Source of the DNA: Candidatus Parcubacteria bacterium
Lineage (GTDB): Bacteria; Patescibacteriota; Minisyncoccia; Minisyncoccales; JAGMAB01
DNA length: 18,817 nt
Reading direction: 5' to 3'
NCBI GenBank assembly: GCA_023131055.1
Contig: JAGMAB010000007.1
Location: forward strand, 1 to 18,817
Positions 1 through 6,151 of the stretch are shown here, piece after piece; position 1 is the stretch's first letter, and every line of letters starts with the position of its first letter. The position numbers and the translations under genes are program-made. The notes under the pieces were generated by a model. It saw only the letters and a program-made list of their open reading frames with translations. It was not told the origin of the DNA and did no database searches.

Positions 1-326
1 GCAATTACATCAATCTGCCATTTTGCGTCCAAAGGAATCTTGTTTTTTGCCAGCCAGACCTCGGATACTTTTATCAATTTTCTCTGTTTGGCAAAATTCA
101 CTTTTTCTTCCGGTGGAATAGATTTGCGTCCTGATTTAATTCTAATTGTTTTTACCTCAATAAAACAAATATCATCTCCTTTTTTGGCAATAATATCTAT
201 TTCTCCTTTTTGAGGACTTCCCGTAAAACGAAAACAATAATTTCTATCCAGAATTTTATAGCCCTTTCTTTTCAAATAATCCTCGGCAATTTTCTCTCCC
301 AAATTACCTGTCTGCCTTGTGTTCAT
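1..326 (-). CDS. YraN family (UPF0102) putative endonuclease. The C-terminus lies beyond the window edge.
   Basis: Reverse-complement translation from ATG (cat at 324-326) gives MNTRQTGNLGEKIAEDYLKRKGYKILDRNYCFRFTGSPQKGEIDIIAKKGDDICFIEVKT... The GE..A..YL..KGY.IL.RN and GEIDII motifs are typical of YraN. The reading frame stays open to position 1. Confidence 0.6.
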   Translation of the reverse strand, partial: MNTRQTGNLGEKIAEDYLKRKGYKILDRNYCFRFTGSPQKGEIDIIAKKGDDICFIEVKTIRIKSGRKSIPPEEKVNFAKQRKLIKVSEVWLAKNKIPLDAKWQIDVI

Positions 327-426
327 AAAATAGGAAGTAGAAAAAGTTTAAATTTTAATTGTATTTTATAACAGAAAACTTAATTCGGCAATTTGGATAA
401 ATTAAAACGATTGTGGATAATTAAAC

Positions 427-455
427 TTGACAGGATTTATTGATTTGATATACTT
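427..455 (+). promoter_or_regulatory. Sigma-70-like promoter for the downstream small RNA. It has TTGACA (427-432), a 16-nt spacer, and an extended -10 TGaTATACT (446-454).
   Basis: Near-consensus -35 and -10 hexamers with a TGn extension. The predicted start site is about 459-462, right at the 11-nt segment that pairs with 587-597. Confidence 0.5.
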
Positions 456-460
456 AAAAT

Positions 461-637
461 GTCAAGCACGGGAACAATCGCAACTCCGAAAATCCGAGAC
501 CTTATAGTCATCGGATTTTCTTTTTATTAAAAAATATACTATTCTGAATACGTGGAGTTTCAAGGGGCCACCTCATGGCGAGGTTTCCGTGCTTGACACT
601 CGGAATGAGGGGTTCGATTCCCCTTGGCTCCACGCCA
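461..637 (+). ncRNA. Structured small RNA of about 175 nt. Its 3' domain (564-632) is a tmRNA/tRNA-Ala-like acceptor and T-arm minihelix. Candidate reduced or atypical tmRNA-like RNA.
   Basis: Acceptor 5' strand GGGGCCA (564-570) pairs with TGGCTCC (625-631), including a G3:U70 wobble. T-arm is AGGGG/TTCGATT/CCCCT (608-624) and the discriminator is A632. Stem TCAT/ATGA (573-576/605-608) closes a 28-nt loop. The loop segment CCGTGCTTGAC (587-597) is perfectly complementary to GTCAAGCACGG (461-471) at the predicted 5' end. A local hairpin pairs GAAAATCCGA (487-496) with TCGGATTTTC (512-521). An alternative fold pairs CGTGGAG (551-557) with CTCCACG (628-634), followed by CCA (635-637). Confidence 0.45.
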
Positions 638-675
638 AAAATCGTTCCGCTTACAGCAGGACGATTTTTAGTTTG
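638..675. terminator. Bidirectional rho-independent terminator hairpin.
   Basis: AAAAATCGT (638-646) pairs with ACGATTTTT (664-672), and a T-run follows on both strands. It lies between the small RNA (plus strand) and the 3' end of the minus-strand CDS at 702. Confidence 0.5.
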
Positions 676-701
676 AAAAAAATCGCATAATATGGATACA
701 T

Positions 702-1130
702 TTATCCGCTAATAGCAGCAAGAATTCCTGAACCTATAATTACAAACAATAATCCTAATATTTTCAACAATGTTATTGATTCTCCTAAGAAAAATCCTAT
801 TAAAACCGCAATTGCGATACTTCCTCCAATAATTATCGGACCTGCAACTGAAATAGCAAGTCCAGATCCGTAAGCTTTTAGCGCAAAATAATCAATTGTT
901 AAAGCACATACTCCTGCTAATACAGCAAACAAAATTCCTTTTGGATTAGAAAACAAAGTTGTTGTTTTAATTTTAGGTAGTAGAAAAATTAAACCCAAAA
1001 CAACAGCAGTAAGTGAAACAATTATTGCGCCAAATAAATAATTTATTTTGTCTGCAGCTTGCTGATGAAAAACTGTCCAAGCACCAAAAGCAACTGCGGC
1101 GATTATTGCGAAAATTATTCCTGGATTCAT
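702..1130 (-). CDS. Small 4-TM membrane protein, EamA/DMT-superfamily-like single-domain transporter.
   Basis: 142 aa with four hydrophobic helices and Gly-rich packing motifs (GPIIIGGSIAIAVLIGFFLGE). Size and topology match half-size EamA/SMR-like proteins. Confidence 0.5.
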   Translation of the reverse strand: MNPGIIFAIIAAVAFGAWTVFHQQAADKINYLFGAIIVSLTAVVLGLIFLLPKIKTTTLFSNPKGILFAVLAGVCALTIDYFALKAYGSGLAISVAGPIIIGGSIAIAVLIGFFLGESITLLKILGLLFVIIGSGILAAISG

Positions 1131-1198
1131 AATATTAATAGATTATTGATGTAAGTATATAAATATTTTCTTCTAGTGTCTAATTGATTTATTATTTG

Positions 1199-1702
1199 TT
1201 AGAGAAAATTCTGGATTTTTTCCAAACTATTTTCAAGATTAAAAACAATATCAAAATTTTTAATTTCTTTTGGTTTAATCCATTTATATTCTGTGTGTTC
1301 CCAATCTAATTTTATCTCTGGTTTGTTCCTTAATTTTATTAAAACAGGATGAACAATCCAAGTTTTTTTTATTTCAGTATCTGTAAACTGATAGAATTCT
1401 CCAATATGAATTGATAATATATTATTATCGCGCTCAATTCCTAATTCTTCTCTAATTTCTTCAAGGACTTTCTCGCGAATTGGTTTTAATTCATCTAAAT
1501 AACCGGCAACTGTGTTCCATTTTCCCTGATATGTTCTGACCTTATCGCTTCTTTTCAAAAGAAGAATATTATTTTGATATTCAATAAAAACGGTTATTAC
1601 CGGCGCGGTGTCAGAATTTGAATAATCAATTCTTCCGTCTGGAAATTTAGGCAGTTTTTCATCAAATTGTTTTATAATTTCTAAAATTTTCTGCTCATTC
1701 AT
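1199..1702 (-). CDS. NUDIX hydrolase.
   Basis: Nudix box-like segment GKWNTVAGYLDELKPIREKVLEEIREELGI, matching the G..E..REuxEExGu pattern. Length is 167 aa. Confidence 0.75.
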   Translation of the reverse strand: MNEQKILEIIKQFDEKLPKFPDGRIDYSNSDTAPVITVFIEYQNNILLLKRSDKVRTYQGKWNTVAGYLDELKPIREKVLEEIREELGIERDNNILSIHIGEFYQFTDTEIKKTWIVHPVLIKLRNKPEIKLDWEHTEYKWIKPKEIKNFDIVFNLENSLEKIQNFL

Positions 1703-1714
1703 AAAAAGCTTAAT

Positions 1715-1933
1715 TTACTTTTTAAAAAAATCGTCTGCTTTAAGTCCTGATAGAAGCAAAATGGACTGAAATGTTCCATAGGGAATTTCTTTTTTACCTA
1801 TTTTCACAATAACCGTCCGCGTTGGATTACCTGTTTTACGGAATTTAGCATGGCTTCCTTTTTGAGAAACAAAAACAAAGCCCTTGGAAAGAAAGACTTT
1901 TATAACAATCTTTAATCTAATGGGTTTAGGCAT
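1715..1933 (-). CDS. hicA: HicA-family mRNA interferase toxin.
   Basis: 72 aa with KGFVFVSQKGSHAKFRK...RTVIVKIGKKEIPYGTFQSILLLSGL. This matches the HicA core (GSH motif, PxGT...IL...GL tail). It overlaps the upstream hicB stop by 8 nt. Confidence 0.7.
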   Translation of the reverse strand: MPKPIRLKIVIKVFLSKGFVFVSQKGSHAKFRKTGNPTRTVIVKIGKKEIPYGTFQSILLLSGLKADDFFKK

Positions 1934-2144
1934 ATTCTAAAGCAAATGGAACAATATCTGGTCGTTCCACCTTTACCGCCTTTGATACTGGCACATCTTC
2001 AAAGTAAAGCTCTAACGCTTCCCGAAGACTATCTAAAGCCTCTTTTTTTGTTTCTCCAAAACTAGAAACCCCGGTGTTTAAATTCCAGGACACATAATAC
2101 TTGCCTTCTTTCCAAACTATGTTTTTTAAGTTTATTTTACGCAT
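1926..2144 (-). CDS. hicB: HicB-family antitoxin (short UPF0150-type).
   Basis: 72 aa with KEGKYYVSWNLNTGVSSFGETKKEALDSLREALELYFED, resembling the HicB N-terminal domain. It sits immediately upstream of hicA and overlaps it. Confidence 0.6.
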   Translation of the reverse strand: MRKINLKNIVWKEGKYYVSWNLNTGVSSFGETKKEALDSLREALELYFEDVPVSKAVKVERPDIVPFALEYA

Positions 2145-2229
2145 ATGTTTTTAGAGGTTATTTCTATTTTTAGAGTATCAAATTAAAAAATTAAGTCAAA
2201 TTTAATCATAAAAAAATCTTATTGATTTA

Positions 2230-3336
2230 TTATAAATTTGAAACAAAATAATTTTTAACAGCAAACTCAAATTGCTCAATAAAAAGATTTTTGAAATAAC
2301 TAATATTGTTTTGTTCATAAAATAAAATAATCGCTTTTTTGTATTCTTCTTCTTTAACACTGCGATAAGAAAGCGGACAAATATTATTAGCCATTAAAAT
2401 AGCGTTAGCAGCCAATCTGCTTGTTCGTTTATTGCCATCGTCAAACGGTTGAATATAAGCAACCATTACCATTAAAATAACGGCTTTGGCAAAAATGTTT
2501 TTTTCTTGATTAACTATTGCGCAAGTTTTTTCTAACGCTTCTCTGATTTGAAAAACATTATCTATTGGACAATATGCGGTGCCGGTAATTCCAACCGGTA
2601 ATTTTCTAAGCCCGCTACTAATATCCAAATCTTTAGTCAAAAGAAAATGTATATCTTCCAGTTTGGCAACTGTAATTTTTTTAAACGCCAAAAGATTTTT
2701 CCTGATATATTCCAAAACATTTTTATGATTCAAAATCATAATTGCTTCTTTTTTTTTGCGGCCTTTGGCTTGCTTGTTATGTTTAATCAAAAATTCTGTC
2801 TCTAAAAGAGTATAAGTATTTCCTTCAATAGCAGAAGATTTCCAACTTAATTCTATAACTAATCGCTCAAATTCGCGCTTAAAATTTGCCTTTGGTAATT
2901 TTTTAATATTTTTTTGATATTCAAAAGCAAGCTGGTTAAGCTCTTTTTCTTCATCAACAATAAAAATATTTTTAAAAATATCAACAAGTTCAAAATTAAA
3001 ACTTTTTTTACCCCTTCTTTGATCCGGCGCAATTTTGAAATAATCATTTACATCAATCGGCTTTAAAAGATTATATTGATTAGATAATTGATAGACCACG
3101 CTTCTGCCTTTACCAATTCGTTTAACAAAATTAAATTTTAACAATTGATTTAAATCTCTAATTATCGTAATCCTGGAAATTTTAGAAAATTTTTGAACCA
3201 AATCAAAAACCAGTTCGGAAACAGAGATTTTCCCTTGTTTATCAATCAAATTCAGAATTATTTCTTGTCTTTTATTTAATTGGTTAAACTTTAACTCCAT
3301 GATAATTGTATCATTTTTATGCTCTAATTGTATCAT
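2230..3336 (-). CDS. wHTH-Fic/Doc family protein with a non-canonical active-site motif QPFDDGNKRTSR. An alternative start is at 3300.
   Basis: N-terminal winged-HTH-like region (residues about 13-85). SSAIEGN matches the Fic inhibitory helix motif [ST]xxxE[GN]. The Fic core IQPFDDGNKRTSRLAANAIL corresponds to HxFx(D/E)GN(G/K)RxxR, with the His codon read as CAA (Gln). The GNKR version is Doc-like. Confidence 0.75.
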   Translation of the reverse strand: MIQLEHKNDTIIMELKFNQLNKRQEIILNLIDKQGKISVSELVFDLVQKFSKISRITIIRDLNQLLKFNFVKRIGKGRSVVYQLSNQYNLLKPIDVNDYFKIAPDQRRGKKSFNFELVDIFKNIFIVDEEKELNQLAFEYQKNIKKLPKANFKREFERLVIELSWKSSAIEGNTYTLLETEFLIKHNKQAKGRKKKEAIMILNHKNVLEYIRKNLLAFKKITVAKLEDIHFLLTKDLDISSGLRKLPVGITGTAYCPIDNVFQIREALEKTCAIVNQEKNIFAKAVILMVMVAYIQPFDDGNKRTSRLAANAILMANNICPLSYRSVKEEEYKKAIILFYEQNNISYFKNLFIEQFEFAVKNYFVSNL

Positions 3337-3346
3337 TTATGATACA
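3303..3346. promoter_or_regulatory. Direct repeats and a palindrome at the 5' end of the Fic gene.
   Basis: 14-bp direct repeat TAATTGTATCATTT at 3303-3316 and 3325-3338. 18-bp palindrome TGTATCATTTATGATACA at 3329-3346. Two possible ATG starts (3336 and 3300) are embedded in it. Confidence 0.3.
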
Positions 3347-3369
3347 AAACACAACCAATTATATCTTTG

Positions 3370-3440
3370 TGGACTCAGCGAGAATCGAACTCGCATTTCC
3401 GCAATGCGAATGCGGTGTAATGCCATTATACTATGAGCCC
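3370..3440 (-). tRNA. tRNA-Ala (anticodon CGC). CCA is not encoded.
   Basis: Reverse complement reads GGGCTCA TA GTAT..ATTAC A CCGCA TTCGCAT TGCGG AAAT GCGAG TTCGATT CTCGC TGAGTCC A. It has a 7-bp acceptor with G3:U70, anticodon loop uuCGCau, canonical T-loop TTCGATT, and is followed by CAA. Confidence 0.85.
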
Positions 3441-3505
3441 ATGTGTGAATTTTCAATTTCTAATTTTCAATTTTCATTCAATTTTCAATGTCTAAATTTT
3501 CAAAT
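3441..3505. repeat. AT-rich tandem repeat with period of about 16 nt (AATTTTCAAT core, 4-5 copies) upstream of tRNA-Ala.
   Basis: tgAATTTTCAATttct/AATTTTCAATtttcat/tcAATTTTCAATgtct/aAATTTTCAAattaaa. On the minus strand this reads as repeated TTGAAAATT (-35-like TTGAAA) upstream of the tRNA. Confidence 0.5.
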
Positions 3506-3957
3506 TAAATCAAAATGTTTTTAAGTTCAGCCAACGAACGGATTTTAATGCCTGAATAATTTTTAATTTTGTTTTCGCGGTCAATCAGTATGGCTTTCAT
3601 TCCCAATTTTTCAGCCGGTAAAATATCTCTTTCTATTTCATCGCCGACCATTACTGCTTGTTTTGGCTTAACATTAAACTTTTCTAAAACCATTAAAAAC
3701 GCTCTCGTGTCTGGTTTTATAAATTTTGTTTCTTTTGGCGTAAAAATCTCAAAATGTTTTTCCAAACCAAGATTAGAAAACAAAAAAGCAGAACCAGTAG
3801 TCAAAATCGCTTTTTGGCAGGGAAGTCCAAAAACTTCTTTTGCATCGTCAAAAAGCCCACAATCAACATTTCCCTTGAGAAAATCCTCTTTTTTGACTTC
3901 TTTTGCAAAAAATCCCAACGTCCCAAAAAAATCAAATATTATCAGTTGTGATTTCAT
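3505..3957 (-). CDS. HAD-superfamily hydrolase, start trimmed to the internal ATG.
   Basis: MKSQLIIFDFFGTL (motif I with D-x-F rather than DxD), ILTTGS (motif II-like), VMVGDEIERDI (motif III GDxxxD). The longer ORF track start at 4050 would overlap a tRNA gene and is rejected. Confidence 0.7.
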   Translation of the reverse strand: MKSQLIIFDFFGTLGFFAKEVKKEDFLKGNVDCGLFDDAKEVFGLPCQKAILTTGSAFLFSNLGLEKHFEIFTPKETKFIKPDTRAFLMVLEKFNVKPKQAVMVGDEIERDILPAEKLGMKAILIDRENKIKNYSGIKIRSLAELKNILI

Positions 3958-3960
3958 ATG

Positions 3961-4031
3961 TCGGGCTACCGAGATTTGCACTCGGGCTAAATTCTCCCGA
4001 AGAACTCGTGCTACTATTACACTATAGCCCG
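3961..4031 (-). tRNA. tRNA-Pro (anticodon CGG) with atypical D- and T-loops. CCA is not encoded.
   Basis: Reverse complement reads CGGGCTA TA GTGT AATAGTA GCAC G AGTTC TTCGGGA GAATT TAGC CCGAG TGCAAAT CTCGG TAGCCCG A. Acceptor and anticodon stems are good, with U33 and G37. The T-loop reads UGCAAAU (G at position 55) and the D-loop lacks GG. Confidence 0.55.
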
Positions 4032-4067
4032 ATATACAATCATTTATCAATAATTAATAATCATTTA

Positions 4068-4090
4068 CTTAGAAATTAAAAATTTCTAAG
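4068..4090 (-). terminator. Perfect 10-bp stem hairpin overlapping the cca stop codon.
   Basis: CTTAGAAATT aaa AATTTCTAAG. It sits at the 3' end of the minus-strand cca gene, where the plus-strand context is AT-rich. Confidence 0.4.
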
Positions 4091-5552
4091 TGACCCAGTA
4101 TTTTTGCTTTGTCATCTTATCTTTTTTCATTTCTAATGTTTCTCTTTGTTTTTTGGCTTCCCGGGTTTTTGATTCTAATTCTTTGTCAGATAGTTGACCT
4201 AATTTCTTGATTTCTTTTTCCAAAAATTCTTTTTTGTTTTTTTGAGGGTCTTCCAAAACATAACCAAGTAAAACATCTAAAATTTGTCCTATCTTTATAC
4301 AAGGCCTGATTTTCAAAAGCCGCATTACATCATCTCCTTTAACTTTTAATTTCATAACTGAAATCGGGTCTTGGGCAACTTTTTCAATTAAATATCTAAG
4401 ATGCCTTAATTTATACGGTTCCGCTTTGGGACAGCCAGACCCAATCCTATCGCACATTCTCACTTGAAGCAGTTCATTTATGTTTTCTACGCCAACCTGA
4501 CGCACTAATCTCCTTACCGACGCTTTGCCAACCTCGTCAACATTATAATAAAACAAATGATATCTGACTAATTTAAAAATCTTCTCAATATCTTTTTTGG
4601 AAAATTTCAACCGATTTAGCAATTGAATAGTCATTTTTGCTCCAACTATTTCGTGGTTGTAAAAAGTAGCGTTTGGTCCTTTGCCTCGCTTGGTTCTAGG
4701 CTTTCCAATATCGTGAAGCAAAGCAGCCAAGCGAACATATTTGTTAAAATTGCTCTTAACAGCAAAATCCAAAGAACGCAAACTATGTTCATAACAATCA
4801 TAAATATGATGCTTGTTCTGGCTTATTCCATAACCCTCTTCTAATTCCGGAATAATATATTTTAACATTTTAAGCTGCCTTAAAAGCTCTATGCCTTCAG
4901 ACGCTTTTTCAGACATAATAATTTTCATCAGTTCATCTCTGATTCGCTCTTTGGAAATTGTTCCTAATAAAATAGAATTTTTTTTGATTGCTTGTTTGGT
5001 TTTTTCTTCAATCTGCCATCCGCCAGCTGGCGGACTTCCCAAAACAGATATTAAACGAACCGCTCTGAGCATTCTCAAAGCATCTTCATTAAACCTGTTT
5101 TCCGGCTTGCCCACCGCGCGAATAAGTTTATTCTCTAAATCTTTTTGCCCGTTAAATAAGTCAATAATTTCCAATTTTCCATCCATTGCTATTGCATTGA
5201 CAGTAAAGTCGCGTCTTTTCAAATCCTGTTCAATTGTCTTGGCAAACTTGATTTCATCAGGATGCCGTTTGTCAGTATATTTTGCTTCGCAGCGATAAGT
5301 GGTAATTTCAATTTCCTTAAGCTCTGGTTTTTTACTGCCTGTTTTAACGGTCACTGTTAAAAACTTGTTCTCATAAAAACTTTTAGGGAATATTTTTTGA
5401 ATTTCTTCCGGCTTAGCGTTAGTGGCAACATCCCAATCTTTGGGCTTAATTCCCGTTAAAAAATCCCTGACGCAGCCGCCAACAATATGAGCGCTAAAAC
5501 GCTTTTTCTTTAATTTATCAATTACAAGTTTTACTTCTTTTGGAATTTCCAT
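4086..5552 (-). CDS. cca: CCA-adding tRNA nucleotidyltransferase with an HD domain.
   Basis: N-terminal pol-beta nucleotidyltransferase motif GGCVRDFLTGIKPKDWDVATNAKPEEI. HD motif LLHDIGKP. Length 488 aa with a K/E-rich C-terminus. Confidence 0.85.
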   Translation of the reverse strand: MEIPKEVKLVIDKLKKKRFSAHIVGGCVRDFLTGIKPKDWDVATNAKPEEIQKIFPKSFYENKFLTVTVKTGSKKPELKEIEITTYRCEAKYTDKRHPDEIKFAKTIEQDLKRRDFTVNAIAMDGKLEIIDLFNGQKDLENKLIRAVGKPENRFNEDALRMLRAVRLISVLGSPPAGGWQIEEKTKQAIKKNSILLGTISKERIRDELMKIIMSEKASEGIELLRQLKMLKYIIPELEEGYGISQNKHHIYDCYEHSLRSLDFAVKSNFNKYVRLAALLHDIGKPRTKRGKGPNATFYNHEIVGAKMTIQLLNRLKFSKKDIEKIFKLVRYHLFYYNVDEVGKASVRRLVRQVGVENINELLQVRMCDRIGSGCPKAEPYKLRHLRYLIEKVAQDPISVMKLKVKGDDVMRLLKIRPCIKIGQILDVLLGYVLEDPQKNKKEFLEKEIKKLGQLSDKELESKTREAKKQRETLEMKKDKMTKQKYWVT

Positions 5553-5617
5553 AATCTAATCTTAACTTAAAAATTTGCTTTTTTCAATTGCCTTTGTTAG
5601 AATGACTTAACTGCCTC

Positions 5618-5689
5618 GCCCTCGTAGTGAAACGGATATCACGCGACGCTTCGGACGTTGAAGTCCGGGTTCGAATCCTGGCGAGGGCA
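5618..5689 (+). tRNA. tRNA-Arg (anticodon TCG). CCA is not encoded.
   Basis: GCCCTCG TA GTGA AACGGATA TCAC G CGACG CTTCGGA CGTTG AAGT CCGGG TTCGAAT CCTGG CGAGGGC A, followed by CAA. Confidence 0.85.
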
Positions 5690-5693
5690 CAAT

Positions 5694-6146
5694 ATGAATT
5701 TTCAATTACTAATGTTTAAAAAAATAGTTTTAATAATTTTATTGGCAGGTTTTGTTTTAATTCCTTTGATTTCACACGCAGCCGGATTAGTGCCTTGCGG
5801 AGAAGAAGGAAATCCTTGCCAACTGTGTGATTTTTTTGTTTTAGTTGATAATGTAATTGATTTTGTTTTGATAAAATTAGTTCCGCCATTGGCGGTTCTG
5901 ATGTTAGTAATCGGCGGAATAATGTTTGTAGGCGCGACTTTGGAATTTCTGCCGGGCGGACCAACTCTTTTAAGCCAGGCAAAAGCAATAATGACTTCAG
6001 TAGTAATCGGCTTAATCATAATTTATGGCGGCTGGATTATTATAGGATTATTTTTGAATACAATTGGTTTATCTGAATGGACTGGCGGAACTACTGGTAT
6101 TTTTTCAAACTGGAATCAAGGTTTTTTCACAATCCCTTGCGAGTAA
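5694..6146 (+). CDS. Secreted 2-TM cysteine-containing small membrane protein, candidate VirB2/TrbC-like pilin.
   Basis: MNFQLLMFKKIVLIILLAGFVLIPLISHA | AGLVPCGEEGNPCQLCDFF..., that is a signal peptide with AxA-like site. Two hydrophobic helices follow (LAVLMLVIGGIMFVGA and VVIGLIIIYGGWIIIGLFL) and a C-terminal Cys. The ORF track start at 5658 overlaps tRNA-Arg and was trimmed. Confidence 0.45.
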   Translation: MNFQLLMFKKIVLIILLAGFVLIPLISHAAGLVPCGEEGNPCQLCDFFVLVDNVIDFVLIKLVPPLAVLMLVIGGIMFVGATLEFLPGGPTLLSQAKAIMTSVVIGLIIIYGGWIIIGLFLNTIGLSEWTGGTTGIFSNWNQGFFTIPCE

Positions 6147-6151
6147 TTCCC

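Noticed and set aside
456-637. Standard one-piece tmRNA (ssrA), permuted two-piece tmRNA, or SRP (4.5S) RNA.
   Set aside because: There is no upstream GGGG-type 5' acceptor strand that would give an RNA of about 350 nt. The only GGGGCCA is 69 nt from the 3' acceptor. There is no room for pseudoknots or a tag ORF ending in Ala-Ala-stop. The element order is not that of permuted tmRNA, where the T-arm and CCA piece lies upstream. No SRP domain IV consensus (GGAA tetraloop / AGCAG) is present. It is kept as an unclassified tRNA-like small RNA.
552-637. Class II (long variable arm) or selenocysteine tRNA using acceptor GUGGAGU/GCUCCAC + G + CCA.
   Set aside because: No D-arm can be formed after the acceptor 5' strand. 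The T-stem would be separated from the acceptor 3' strand by 2 extra nucleotides.
461-3440. tRNA-gene-targeting integrative island bounded by direct repeats of a tRNA 3' end.
   Set aside because: The tRNA-like element (plus strand) and tRNA-Ala (minus strand) are on opposite strands and do not share sequence. No integrase is present. The island-like nature of the Fic/HicAB/NUDIX block is kept only as an inference.
3569-4027. 152-aa plus-strand ORF antisense to the HAD gene. Similar antisense ORFs occur at 4623-4844, 4891-5298, 5702-6019, 7679-8136, 8536-9430, 10047-10373, 10701-11000, 11259-11869, 13576-13844, 14208-15146, 15336-16005, 16305-16529 and 17013-17497.
   Set aside because: They are fully overlapped by well-supported genes on the opposite strand. 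Their composition is low-complexity (S/F/L-rich, or K/F-rich from antisense of K/E-rich regions) with no recognisable motifs.
3958-4050. N-terminal 31 codons of the ORF 3505..4050 (MINDCISGYSVIVARV...).
   Set aside because: This stretch is the reverse complement of a tRNA gene (3961-4031). The HAD homology begins at the internal Met (MKSQLIIFDFFGTL), so the CDS was trimmed to 3505..3957.
5658-5693. Upstream start (MKSGFESWRGHN...) for the pilin-like ORF.
   Set aside because: It overlaps the 3' half of tRNA-Arg. The signal-peptide-like N-terminus begins at the ATG at 5694.
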